A DNA stretch of 64,000 nt from Octopus sinensis (taxonomy: Eukaryota): positions 81,592,001-81,656,000 of the forward strand of contig NC_043000.1 of assembly GCF_006345805.1 (NCBI RefSeq). The letters are read 5' to 3'. Under the pieces are notes generated by a model. The model was not told the origin of the DNA, searched no databases, and was given only the letters and a program-made list of their open reading frames with translations. Positions 49,351 to 64,000 of the stretch are shown piece by piece; within the stretch, counting starts at the first letter, position 1; each line of letters starts with the position of its first letter. The position numbers and the translations under genes are program-made.

Positions 49351-50608
49351 CATGTCCATTAACAAAATGGAATCTGGATCTGCATCATCATCATCATCAT
49401 CATTATCATCATCATTTAATGCCTGTTGTCTATGCTGGCATGAGGTGAAAGGCTTGACCATAGCTGGCTAGCTGAGAAGCTGCACCAGACTTCAATCTGA
49501 TTTAGCATGGTTTCTGCAGCCGATGCCTTCCTAACGCCAACTACTTTTCAGAATGTGCTCTTATGTGGCACTGCATGGACACTTTTACATGGTGCTACAC
49601 AGACACATGATACTGCATGGACGCTTTTACGTGATTCCACATCGGTGCTTTTATGTGGCAACACCATGAGTGCTTTACACCACCAACACAGTACAGGTTT
49701 TCTTGAGGTATTGCTGGCATACTGAAGTAGAGATTAGCTAAAGCAGGTGCCAGATATTTAAGTTCTTTTGTCATCTCACCTGAAAAGTTCAGCTTCCTAA
49801 GGTTCTTCTCCTCAGAAACTCCAAGAAGGCCAATAAACTTTGTATTCTACTCCTAGTACATAAACAGTTGATAATACTGTCATAAAAAATTACACTTGAT
49901 ACTCAATAGCACTAATAAGTAGCTATATCAATACTGAGTAATACAAATACTCTGCTATACCAATATTCAGTAATACTAATAAACAGCTTTATACTAAAAC
50001 TCAGTTACTCCAATGCTCAGCAACAACCAAAACAACTTTGTTTTGTCATGATTTGATGAGTAAAAAGATAATACTGTGATCTTCAGGTCTCTGAGAGCAG
50101 TGAGTGGAAGGTACAGATAAAGTTGTGACTGGTGAGCTGGTCCAAATACTTCCATAACTACCAAACAGATGTCATAATCATATGACCATGCCTGCGCTCT
50201 TAAAGTTATATCAACTCTCAGTAATACCATTTATTGTAATCAGTTACTCAGAGGTGGGAGAAATTACACTGGAGAGTAAAACATCCAAGTGTCTGCTTTA
50301 GCTAATCTCTACTTCAGTATGCCAGTAATGTGTGTGTGTGTGTGCATGTGTGTATGTATGTCTGTTAGTTATGATGGACCCCCAAGCCCCCAGAAACAGC
50401 TTACCTCTTCCCTTTTAATTTTCGCTGTTCTTTAGTTACTCTCTATAAAATTTTAATCCATTAATATAAATATCTATATATATATTTACTTAAATATTCA
50501 TCATCTGCAAATCTTCAGTCTTTGCACTCTGCTTGTATACATACATACATACATACATACATACACACATGCACGCACGCACGCATGCATGCACACACGC
50601 ACACATGA

Positions 50609-50640
<32 letters not shown>

Positions 50641-51081
50641 ACATACATATATATATATATATTGTACATCACATCTAAGCTGCTATATTCAGTTTGTCTT
50701 TCTGCATAATTGCCTCCTTATCTGCTCACCTTGATTCCTCTTATAGCTACTCTTTACCCCACTAAATTGGTCCCTCATAAAGATACTGGAGTCTATGTTC
50801 AAATCATCTGAGTGCTACTTAGTGTTTTCTATATGGAGAATCTCTGAATCTCATCTGTTGACTATATGTATATACATGGTCGAGGCCAGGTCCACCTGAC
50901 TGGCTCCCATGCCGGTGGCACATAAAAAGCACCATCCGAACATGACTGATGCCAGTGCCCCCTGACTAGCTCCCATAATGGAAGGGTACCAGAGAATTGG
51001 ATTATTGGTAAAGAGATTGGATAAAAATAACAAATGAAATGAAAAGAGAGGGTGACATGGTGATGTAATTGAGAGAGAGAG

Positions 51082-51125
<44 letters not shown>

Positions 51126-52639
51126 AGGGAGAGATGCAATAAGGATGAATGATGGTAAGAAGACTGAAGAGACATAGAACCAATGCAATTACCAGCCATT
51201 ATTGCAGAAGCAGTGGAATGGATGAGAGAAAGATAGTAAAGAGGTTCATTTTAAGTAATGAGCAGTAATGAGAGAATCCCAAATGTAGATATTATACATC
51301 ACCATCATCACTTTTTAAAGTCCATCTTTCTATCCATACTTGCATGGGTTGAATGGATCTTCTCAAGCACAATATGTCATCATTTGTTGCAGTTTTTGTC
51401 ATCGCCTTTATGAAGTTCAGCCTCTTTAGGTCAATTTTCACCACTTATCATCATCATAAACAATTTACATCCACTTTCCATGATGACAAGGACTGAATGG
51501 GTCAGCATGATCTGAGTAAGTTCTCATTCAGAGTTGCTGCCTGTTTTGACAGGCTGGGATATCCACAGTTGTAACCATTTTTACTAAGATACAATGCAGA
51601 GATATAAGCTCACTGATGTAACCACTCTACTTAGCAATACTATGCTATATGAAGGTAATGTTTATTGCAACACAAAGCTAATTTAGTGTTAAAGAGATAT
51701 ATTCCATCACTATAACAATCTTCTTAGCAATAAACTGGTAACATACATTCATCACTGTAGCAAGTTTAACTGACAGTGGTTAAGTAGCAGCAGGAGTGAT
51801 GTAAAACTGAAGAATGTTTACCCATCTCATATTGCTACATTCACATCCTCTTGTGAGTTAGGAAAAAGTACTGCAAAACCCTTGAATACATTGTATAGTA
51901 TTTTTGTCACTCTGTCATTTTGTTTTTAAGTTTTCAAGATACCAACATTAAGTGCATGGTAAGATGGCAAATCACCGAGTAAAAAAAAACTTCTTTTATG
52001 TACTGAGAGAAGAAAATAAGAATCCATTACACACACATATATTTGTTATTAGCAACTGAAGCAGTATTAGTTCAAAATAACATTCTGTACATCTTACTTA
52101 ATGTTGATATACCATAGAAAGCAATGAAGTTGTGGTATTTATCTTGAGAAAGCATCTTGTAGAGACATATAGTAGCAAAAGACATTGTATACTTCTGTGC
52201 TTTTTAGCATTATATGGCTATACAAGATAATTTCTCAAGACAATAACCATAATTTTTTGGCTTTCTATGGCATATCCATTTCATGGGAAATATACAGAAT
52301 GCTATATATATATATATATATGCATATATATCATTGACTTTATCTTGTATCCAAGTATTTTTCTTTTTCTTTGCTAAACACTTCTTTATGGTGATACTGT
52401 TGATGACTCTGTAGACCAATTCTTGCATAGAAGAAACAATGGCATTGACTACATAGTAATGTTGGTGGAGGATGAGGTTGATTTTGTTGAGCCTTTCTCT
52501 ATTGTCATTTGATTTCTTCCTTTTCTCTTCTGGTCACTTTGAAGTTTTGGGTTCTGATGGTGATGGAACACCACTACTTGGTACGATCTCAGGCTTGTGT
52601 TTCAAATGATTTAGGCTCAATTTCAAGTCAAATCAAGAA

Positions 52640-52905
52640 TTAAAAATAATAAATAACAAAACAAAAGTCAAAAGGACATGCACATGGGATGCTTTGACTG
52701 GATGCTCAGTAAAGATAGAATAAAGAAGTGTATAACGTTTCAGGTATAACACCTTGTCAAAAAGAGGAGAAAGGTCTGGAGAAAGAAAAAATAGTCCAGG
52801 AAAAGCACGTGTGGTTTTATACACCTACTCTTCTTTCCATTTTTACTGAGCATCAAGCTAAAACATTCCTTGTGCAAATCCTTTTGACTTTTGTTATTTT
52901 TAATT
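52640..52905. repeat. Diverged inverted repeat (old MITE-like element)
   Basis: 52640-52735 and 52816-52905 share cores such as CAAAAGTCAAAAGGA/TCCTTTTGACTTTTG and GATGCTCAGTAAA/TTTACTGAGCATC. Confidence 0.7.
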
Positions 52906-53073
52906 TTCAATTTGCCTATTATTGCATACTCACACAAAACTTCTACATCCTTCCAATAATTATTTGGAGTACCAAATTCTTGGATTTCCCTACACCACAT
53001 TACTCTACCCTTGGATTACACTGCCCTTCAAGTTCCTTCCAAGTAGATTGTTTTAGTACCTTTGATTATATAT

Positions 53074-53340
53074 ATCATCATCATCATTTATTGCCTGCTT
53101 TTCATGATGGCACGGGTTAGATGGTTTGACTGGAACTGGTAAGCTGGAGAGCTGCACCAGGTTCCAATCTGATTTGGCATGGTTTCTATAGCTGGATGCC
53201 CTTTCTAATGCCAACCACTCCAAGAGTGTAATGGGTGCTTTTATGTGCTGCCAACACAGGTACCAGTTATGTGACACTAGCATCAGCCATGACTATGATT
53301 TCACTTGGCTTGACAAATCTTGTCAAGTATGGTATATTGA
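53074..53340 (-). mobile_element. RTE 3' UTR-type fragment
   Basis: (CAT)n tail and 'gctggatgccctttctaatgccaaccactcc'. Related fragments at about 17385-17540, 49384-49690 and 50870-50990. Confidence 0.7.
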
Positions 53341-53378
53341 CAAAAGTCTCAGACACTTGTCATTATCTCTGTGAGGCC

Positions 53379-53443
<65 letters not shown>

Positions 53444-53780
53444 CATATATATATATACATACATATATATGTCTTTCTCTTCTTCTTTGGATGTCCATTG
53501 TAAGTCAACATTGACTGTTCTTGTTCAGCAATCATCTCTGCCAGACTCACATGTGGGCTATGACGACTGCTCTTATACTTGATGCAACAGAGAAGTGATG
53601 CCTCTCATGTGCTCTTTCATATTTTGTCTGTTGTTTCTCTTCAATGACTGGAAATAAGCTTCAACATTTTTAATTGATAATCAATAACATATAAATTGAA
53701 AAATGTATGTTTCTGGTATGGTAGTATTACATAAACTCTCAAGCCTTGTGTTGATAGATACATACATACATACATACATG

Positions 53781-54116
53781 TGAAGGCGCATGGCTTAGTG
53801 GTTAAAGTGTCAAGCTTACGATTGTGAGGGTGTGGGTTCAAATCCCGGACCGGGCTGCGTGTTGTGTTCTTGAGCAAGACACTTTATTTCACGTTGCTAC
53901 AGTTCACTCAGCTGTAGAAATGAGTTGCAACGTCACAGGTGTCAAGCTGTATCGGCCTTTGCCTTTCCCTTGGATAACACTGGTGGCGTGGAGAGGAGAG
54001 GCTGGTATGCATGGGTGACTGCTGGTCTTCCATAAACAACCTTGCTCGGACTTGTGCCTGGGAGGGTAACTTTCTTGGTGCAATCCCATGGTCAATCATG
54101 ACCGAAGGGAGTCTCA
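53781..54116 (+). mobile_element. tRNA-derived SINE family 3
   Basis: Head GCATGGCTTAGTGGTTAAAG...GGTTCAAATCCCGG, core TTCTTGAGCAAGACACTTTA. A second copy lies at about 26630-26810. Confidence 0.8.
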
Positions 54117-56899
54117 ACATACGTACATACATACAGGTGTATGTGTTATTGTTTGTGTATATAAGTATGTAAACTTAAGTATCTGTTTAAAACATAGATA
54201 AACCTTGTTATGAAATGAAAGTTGAAGCATATACTCAGAATACTTGGTAAATCAGCTTAAGGAATGGAAAAACTGGTTTCACATTCATTATTATTTAACA
54301 ATCTCTGCTTAATCTTATTCTTTTGTTCTGAAAATAAGCATGATTAGAACTAAATGTATTTATAGGTTTAGAGCAGGCAAAATGTCGATGTGGAAGTGTT
54401 GTATCAAACATTGTTGGCAAAGCTCTCAGTAAACTGTGATCACGAAGGTTAAATGTGACAGAATGTCACAAAGACATTTCACTACAGGAAGAATTGGTAA
54501 GGTTAGAATCCCATTGAATGATTTCACAGATGCAATAAAAGTACAGAGAAGAGAATTGGTAAAATTAGCATATCAGAGATGTTGACCCAAAAAGGAAGAA
54601 AAATTGGTGAGGTTAAAATTTCAGAGAAGACAGACCTCCTAGATGTACTAACAGAAGGAGGAGGACAATTTCACCAGAAGCCATCAAGACAGCACACTTT
54701 TTCTCTCCAAAATAAAAAAAGTTACATTAAAGGCCTCAGACATGGCTGTGTGGTTAGAAGTTTGCTTCCCAACCACATGGTTCTGAGTTTGGTCCCACTG
54801 CTTAGTACCTTGGGTAAGTATCTTCTACCATAGCCTAAGGCCAACCAAAGCCTTGTGAGTGGGTTTGGTAAACAGAAACTGGAAAAAGCCTATCATATAT
54901 ATGTGTGTGTGTTAGTCCCCCACTGCCACTTGACAACTGGTAATGGTTTGTTTACATGCCCATAACTTAGCATAAAGAGACTGATAGGGCAAGTATCAGG
55001 CTTTCAAAAATAAGTACCGGGGGTTTTCAAGGTGGTGCCCAAGCAGTCTAATGTCTGAAACAAAAAAAAAAAAAAAAGATACTCGAAACACCACAGAAAA
55101 AAAAAAAAAAAAAGAATGAGAAGAGAGAAAAGGCACCATTTCTTATCATACCAAGAAAAACAGGTTTTGGACAAGTGTCTTCCACTATAACCCCAGCCTT
55201 GAGATTGGATTCGGTAAATGGGTACTTGTAGTATGTGCGTATGTGTGAGCCTCCACCACTTGACAACTGGCGTTGGATTGATTTGTCTCTGTAAATTAGA
55301 GGTTCAGTAAAAGAGTTTGATAGAGTATGTACTAAGCTTCAAAAAGAAATAACTACTAGGAACGATTTGTTTGACTAAACTCTTCAAGGCGGTGCCCCAG
55401 CATGGCAGCAGTCCAATAACTGAAACAAATAAAAGATTTAAAGATACATACAATCATAAGGTAAAAGACAAACAGAATATGTTGGAATAATTTTAATATA
55501 TCATTTTGTGTTGTGTACACATGAGAATATAGTGAACCATTTGTGACTAGAGAGATAAATGATCTGTTGTTGGTGGTGGTGGGGAAGTAATGATATCAAG
55601 AGGAGTTTAGGTAAATATTGCAGGAGCAGTGGTCGAAGTACACAAAGAGTAATGGTGGTTGGTACACAGAAGCAGTAGCTATTGTTGATATTAAACTGTT
55701 GTATTATCTATTTACTGTACAACAACTGTGTTCCTTCATCAGTCTTCTCTCTCTGGAAACATAATTATGTTACACATGCAATATATACATATATGCATAT
55801 ATGTATGTATAATTATATATATATATACTCAATATGCATATGCATATACAAAAAGGGTTGACACCTTACATGCATTATATGTATTACATATATATTTATA
55901 TATATACACATATATATTTATATATATACACATACCCACTCACACATATATACACATACATACAGATATGTATACACACACACTATATACATGTATCTTT
56001 TTACAAATTAAAAAATTTACAGTTAACAACCTGTTATTTTTAAATATATTCTCTTTCTTTTGTACAAATGTAAGAAATCATCCACAGCAATCTCCTGTAC
56101 ATACATACACATACACTTATCTATACACACACACATATATATATATATACACACACACATATATCAGTTGACTAATGTATAAGTTCATTTCCTTTGTCAT
56201 CAGACAACATAAAACTAAGAGCCCCTTTATGTTGCATATCCTACCTGGTGCGATGCCTGTATGCCCCTCTATGTGTACATCAATTGGTAACAAGCCATTA
56301 ATGAACATCTGATCAGGCCACCATCAGTACTTGACTGGTACTTTATTTTATTAACCCTGCAAAGATGACTGGTAAAGTCAAATTAGGCAAGATTTCAACT
56401 TAGATTGCAAGAGATTGTAACTATGTATCTTAAGGAATTCTCTCTAACAGCCGACCATTTCTTCTCCTTCCTCTTCATGTTCCTTTCAAATTATGTATAT
56501 TTGTAAAGTAACCCACCTCAATCATTACATCCTGTTTAGTTCTTTAGCATTTTAACTGGCCAGTTCTGACCAACATAATCTACTTGATTTATCTCCAAAT
56601 TGTTCAGATTCAGCCTCTAGCGCTTACCCAGCGGTAAGCTGGCAGGAAAGTGAGCATGCTGGGCGAAATGCTAAGCGGAATTTCGTGTCTTTACATTCTG
56701 AGTTCAAATTCTGCCAAGATCGACTTTGCCTTTCATCCTTTTGGGGGTCAATAAATGAAGTACCAGTTGTGCACTGGTCTAATCGACTAGCTCCCTCCCC
56801 CAAAATTTTGGGCCTTGTGCCTCGAGTAGAAAAGAATATTATTCTTAAAATAGTCATATCATTGAAATCTTAGTTATAAGGTAATGCATAACTAATTCA

Positions 56900-57095
56900 T
56901 AGTGGTTAGGGCAGCGGACTCGCGGTCGCAGGATCGCGGTTTCGATTCTCAGACCGGGCGTTGTGTGTGTTTATTGAGCGAAAACACCTAAAAGCTCTAC
57001 GAGGCTCCGGCAGGGGGTGGTGATCCCTGCTGTACTCTTTCACCACAATGGCGGTGCCCCAGCATGGCCACAGCTCAAGAGCTGAAACTGGAAAA
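56900..57095 (+). mobile_element. tRNA-derived SINE family 4 (CpG-rich)
   Basis: TAGTGGTTAGGGCAGCGGACTCGCGGTCG...GGTTTCGATTCTC head. The tail CCCAGCATGGCCACAG resembles that of family 2. Confidence 0.7.
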
Positions 57096-57967
57096 ACAAA
57101 AAACAACAAAAATATGAATGTAAATAAATAAGTATTACATTTGACAGAGAAGTCTGAATGCTAAAGGATTAACAAATGAACTGAGCTCTTTCTGGGTAGA
57201 CAATGACCAGGTTTCAGTATAAACCTCTGCAAAGGTTCTATTGTTATCACAAAAGTAAGATCTGAGGTGTGATACACAGCCAACTTATACAACAGGAAGT
57301 TTGCGGAGCCAGAGGGGTTCTATGTAGTTGTTAAGCAAAATTTCCAAACCACACCTTACTGTCTTGGAAGAAATTCATAGATGGATAATGTGGTCATGAA
57401 TACATTATGTCAAGACTATATAAGAAGATGTAATTGTCATGGCTTTGGATTATGAGTTCTGCACATTTAAAGTTGATCTGGAGCTAAACAACAGCAGAAA
57501 ACTGTACAACAGTTGATGCTATGAACATCAGAGATGGATAGGTGCAAAAGGAGACTGCCACAAGTCCTTGACAGGAAATAATAATAATAATTTTCTAATT
57601 TTCGCACAATATCATTGATTTTAGGTGCAGTGGATTAGTTGATTACATTGATCCCTCTACTTGACTTTATTAATGCCAGAAGGATGAAAGACAAGGTTTC
57701 ACTTCAGTAGAATTTTATCCCAAATGTAAAGAGCTGAAAGAAACATTGCAAAGTATTTTGTCTAAAGTACTAAAGATTCCACCAACTCGCAGCCTTAATA
57801 ATAAAAATAATAACAATTCTTTCTACTCTAGGTTCAAGGCCTGAAATTTTGGGAGAGAGAGTAAGTCAATTACATTGACCCTAGTGTTCAACTGGTACTT
57901 ATTTTATCAACTCTGGAAGGATGAAAGGCAAAGTTAACCATGCCAGAATTTGAATGGATGAAATGTC

Positions 57968-58430
57968 ATTAAGCATTTTGTTCAGTGTGTTAATGATTCT
58001 GCCAATTAAACCAGCCCCTGTACTTGGTATTTTATTCTTATCAAACCTGGAAAACTGTCTTCAGTAAAATTTGAATTCAGAACTTAAAGGGTTATAACTA
58101 AATAATACAAAGCTCCACCATGAACAATTTTACCATGATTTCTAATAGGTACAAAGTCACCAATTTAGATGGATCTTAATACTTCACCAGTACTTATTTT
58201 ATCAATCCTACAAGGATGAAAAGACAAAGTCAAACCTGGTGAGAATTTAATTTCCAATACGAAGAAGGGGCGTAACTAAATACTGCAGGCCGTTTTGTTC
58301 ACTGTACAAAAATAATTATTAATTCAAATTTTACTGAAGACAGTTTTCCAGGTTTGATAAGAATAAAATACCAAGTACAGGGGCTGGTTTAATTGGCAGA
58401 ATCATTAACACACTGAACAAAATGCTTAAT
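57968..58430. repeat. Perfect 110-bp inverted repeat (57968-58077 and 58321-58430)
   Basis: Checked base by base: exact reverse complement. Confidence 0.95.
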
Positions 58431-61400
58431 TCTCCTAATCAACCACTCTCAAAAATAATTATTAATTCTAACATGCCACAAAGTCGCACTCATTGAAGAA
58501 GAGGGTTAGAGTGGATTAAACTGACATAGGTGTATATAGCTGATATTTTAGAGATTCTGAGAAACTGAAAGTTAAGTTAGACTGTGGTGGCATTTGGGAT
58601 TTTGCAACTAAATACTACAAGGAATTTTGCTCTACTGATTTTATCAATAATACACTTACAAATGATAATAGTCATGATGATGATGGCAGTAGTGGTGGTA
58701 GTAGTGAAGATGTCAAAAAGCAGGAGAAATTCTACAGAATCTGCCATAGAATGTTCTTGTATTTCAACAAAAAAAAAAAAAATGAGAAATATTAAAATGG
58801 AATTTGTTAAATTTCTGTATGAAACATACATTACCACATTAATTTTATAATACATAAGTACTACTAAACAAGGGAATTCCATTAGTCACTAGAAGAGTCA
58901 ACAAAATCTTTCTTAAATAATACTCTACATTATTAAAAAGGGAAAAACTAAGGATGTACTGAATAAGATAGTCCAAGATGAGATGCTCAACAGAAGCTGA
59001 CTCAGATGAAGTATCAACAGCTACTTAGACTAAGCACAATGTCTTAGATATTGTAGTCCTAGATACACTGTTTGAAGAAAGGTGCTAAGATCATGGATCA
59101 AACAGCTTTATCTGATCTATGTGAAACTATTTGATCATAACTGACCTGGGGCTCAACCAACAACCTACATCACTTGACTTTGTAACAGAAGTAATGCCAT
59201 TCTCATGGGAACTCTACCAATACAGTTATCATCATCATGAAGGGTAGAAAGTGTTATGTTATTCCAGCTGTCACATTTTAGATATTTTATTGGGTTAAGT
59301 GTGAGAGAACTGAGAAGGAATCTGCATTTGCTCACAACTACAAAGATACCAGAAATAATTAGTGAATTAGTACATATTGCTTTCTACTATAGGCATAAAG
59401 GCCTGAAACTTAGTGGGAGGGGCTAGTCAATAACATCAATTCCAGTGCTTGACTGGTTCTTATTTTATGGACCCCAAGAGGATGAAAGGCAAAATTGACC
59501 TCAGTGAAATTTGAACTCAGAATGTAAAGATATATGAAATGCTGCTGAGCATTTTGGCCAGTGTGTTTACAATTCTGCCAGCTCACTGCCTTGAAAGCAA
59601 TGTACATACTAGCAAGCGATATTGTCAGTGATGGCTGTGCAGAACAATATTACCTAAGAAAAGACAATTATTTTATTGTTATTTCTCATGTAACTCTTCT
59701 GACCTACCAAAAGGATGAAGGACAAATTAAAGATCAGTGGAATTTTGAAGTTGGATAATAAGCAAATACTGAAGTGCATGTTATCTATTGCTCAACCAAT
59801 TCTACCATCCAAACATGTTATTGTAGCAGTAGTTGTAAATCAAGAATAGGAAACCCCTCACCCATGGCTACAATTGTATCTGCATTTAAATTTTATACCA
59901 ACCTCTAACAAAGATTCTGAAAATTCATATAACAGAAAATAGTTTAAATACTGAGACAAATACCGAGACTTTAATATGTTAATATCTGGATTTGTAAAAT
60001 GAAAAATTCGTTATTTTTCTCAGCTCCAATAGATCATTATGCACTTGCACTCACAAGTTGCTTCACTCCTGTTGTAAATGAACAAATTACATTAACTTTA
60101 GAATGTAGTAACAATGCAAAGAAATCATTGTATCAGCCAAACTACTGAATGTTATACACAACTGGCTACAATGTACTTTTTTTTGCAATGTTGTAGCTTT
60201 CAAATGATGCTATCTTGCTGGATAAAAAGAGATGGTCTTGGTTGTAAGTTTCCTTCAGTAACCAAGATGATAAAAAGAAACTGAGCCCTAAATATTGTTA
60301 CAAATCCAGCTTTGAACCTAAGTAATATAATAACAAAATATTCTTTAAAAACAAAAAGCATATCTATAAGCAGCTGTAGTGTGCAAGACTGTACTGGTGC
60401 AGATATGTGATGCATATGAAGGATGACAATTAAGTGTACCACAACATGTGCCAGATTATCTGTAGTTCATAGAAGAAAATCAACAGAGATGTGGCAAGAA
60501 GTGATGAAGGTTGATCGTAGAATGCTGAACTTTATAGAAATGAAGGTGACAGTAAATAATGATGATATCTGTTATACAAGGTGTACCAAAAGGCAGACCT
60601 CATTAAATTTCTATTATTTCAAATCACATCTTTTCAAAATTCAATGGTGCTTGGCACTTGGTTTATTATTTGTGTGTGTGTATGTGTGTGTGCATGCATA
60701 TACACATACATACACACAAGTATTTTGAATTTATATAAGTGCTGCCTTTCAGTGTAAAAAAAAAGAAGCTAATTACCAATATTTCAAAAGAGTACTAAAA
60801 TTTGGTCACTTAACATTTTTTTGGTTCAGTGCTCTCCCAGTCAAACATCACCAATATAAGAGAACTATTAATATTTAGAGAAGGACATGTACTATACTGT
60901 CAAATTCTACACATAAAAGCTCAATTCTCTACAGAATTTACCTTTCTACTTAGATATGATTTTCACCTTGTATAAGTACCAGTTAAATACGAAGGTTGGC
61001 TTGATAATGATGGTCTCAGGATGTGGTTTCGAAAGTGCACAGTGGCAAGATACAGGGTAACTGAATGTGCTGTCACAGGAAGGCTAAAACTACAACTTTT
61101 TATAGTGGTACTATTAAAAAGTAGTCAATCCTTCATACTTATTACCTTAAAATGATGCACCAAGAGGAGTAGAGAGCATATAAATACACACACACACACA
61201 TATATATATATATGTAAACATGCACTCACACACACATGCATGCATATCAAGCAATAAAGACCAACTCAAATGCCATTATATTTTGGTTAAAGCTCATATT
61301 TTAAAAAAAAAAGTGAAATATAAGAAGAATCAGTTGTTTTTGGGAGCCTTTGATGGGTTACGATGAGTACAGATGTAATTGTTGGCACCTTGAATGACGA

Positions 61401-61544
61401 GACTAATATAGCTTCACCTTGTATCGTGCTTTTTCTTTGTTGACATGTGAGAAATATTAAGTCAGAGTTATCATGAATTATTCTTGGTTTATCCAACAGG
61501 ATATATAAAATACAAAAGAATAAAAACAAAAATTATATATATAT

Positions 61545-62590
<1,046 letters not shown>

Positions 62591-64000
62591 TCAGTGTGGA
62601 GTGAAAATCAATACAATTCAAACAAAAATACCCTGCAGTATTTATATCCAACCGAGTGATATCTCCGCTTACGCAAATGTTGACTTCACATTTTGTATCA
62701 TATAAGAAAGATGAAATTTGTACCAGATAAAGTACTGAGGTCGATATATTTGACTAAAACACATGAAGGCAGTGCCCAGCATGGCTGCAGTCCAATGACT
62801 GAAATCAGTGAAAGAAGAATAAAAAAGAAAAGAAAAGAGAAAAAAGCCTTTTTAATTACAGTAAAAATTTTTTTCACAAATTACTTATTTTCTCAGTGAC
62901 AATGTCGGTCATTATGCTGTAAATTGGGGATTTCATTAGAGAAAGAGACATTCTCAATAATTAGACACTAATTAATGAATGGCGTAAGTAATGTGAAGGT
63001 TGGAATTCAAAGAGGATGAATGTTCTTTAAGACAATTTACAGGTATCATGAGAAGGAATGGAAAAATTTTCCATTTCAAAATGCAAAACTGAATTTTCAT
63101 CACATTTCATCTTATGGAAGGAGAGAATAAAGAAAAAAAAAAAGGAAAAGAAAAAAGCTGGTACATTTTTTTTTGTTTTTTTTTTGTTTTGTTTTGAAAG
63201 CAGCATAAGAAATTTAAGAACAATAGTGATGTGGTTGTTGATGATAAATAATTTATGAGAAGATAGAAATCGTTTGCAAATTGTGACATAACAAACAGGA
63301 AAGAAGGAATCAAATGCTTGTTAAATTTCTAGAAACAAATCAATGAAGTTGACAGAATCTGCTACTACCCCTGACTTAATAAAGCAGTACACCCACTTGA
63401 AGCATTTAAAAAAAAAATATGATGAAATTATAGTTTCATTTATTTAACAATTATGGCGCCGCCTTCTTTTACTCAAGTTCATGTAACAACAACTCTTTTA
63501 AACTTCAACTAGTTGGAAGACTTGATTCCAAACTTTGAAACTAACATAAGTTCTTTTTGGAGGAGGAAGTATTATTTTTTAGTAATCTTATTACACACTC
63601 AACTTAGTGAAATTTTCAAGAGTTGTCTTGTTAACAATGTATTAAAATCAATAATAAAAAAAAGACAATGGTTTAGGTATTTGCCAACACTTTACAAACC
63701 CCAAAAGTGAGAATTTAGGGAGTAATAATGATGATGACAATGATGATGATGGTGATGTTTTCTGAGTTACAAAGCCATTTTTTGTTTTTGTGGAGTGTGA
63801 AGTATTGTCAATTAAAATAGGCTCCAGTAATTGACTGGTAATTATTTTATGGACTTTGATAACATTAAAAATTGAAATTAATCCACATAAGAACTGAACT
63901 CAGAACATAGAGCAATGAAGAATGGATTTTATCTGCTGTTTTACTGTTTCTGCAATCCACCCACTAATTTAGGTACAAGGCCAACAATTTTAAAGGGAAG

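Noticed and set aside
52529-52625. Possible minus-strand terminal exon (LKLSLNHLKHKPEIVPSSGVPSPSEPKTSK*)
   Set aside because: An in-frame stop lies just upstream, there is no usable AG acceptor and no recognisable homology.
53781-53856. tRNA-like sequence (also 26630-26700 and 56900-56960)
   Set aside because: A/B boxes run straight into SINE bodies and no complete cloverleaf forms. They are SINE heads, not tRNA genes.
54480-54630. Three spaced AATTGGT(A/G)A motifs
   Set aside because: Spacing is irregular, there is no open frame, and similarity is too low to call a repeat.
56170-56210. Minus-strand CTGATGA-CAAAG-GAAA motif
   Set aside because: Stem I pairs for only 1 bp, so it is probably chance.

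Overview
AT-rich, microsatellite- and SINE-dense animal genomic DNA. The repeat families and composition suggest Octopus (inference). The only host gene I can support is the 3' part of an Epac/RAPGEF4-type cAMP-regulated Rap GEF on the + strand. It has 12 GT-AG exons between 6169 and 39345, hand-spliced into one open frame of 1266 nt (421 aa + TAA), covering the end of the REM domain, the RA domain and the CDC25-HD. The 5' exons were not found and probably lie upstream of the window. The rest is mobile DNA: a nearly intact 3.6-kb RTE LINE with a PHD finger inside its RT, several RTE 3' fragments, CR1 and R4/Dong remnants, a deleted mariner with TIRs, nested MITEs, probable Penelope-like terminal repeats and many tRNA-derived SINEs. 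The most notable structures not explained by the ORF track are a complete type I hammerhead ribozyme (minus strand, 33780-33830), a nested near-perfect palindrome (13069-13795), a perfect 110-bp inverted duplication with a template-switch signature (57968-58468), and several intronic hairpins beside exons. Nearly all other ORFs in the track are microsatellite or antisense artefacts. Repeat boundaries are approximate unless stated as exact. No alignment or folding program was run.
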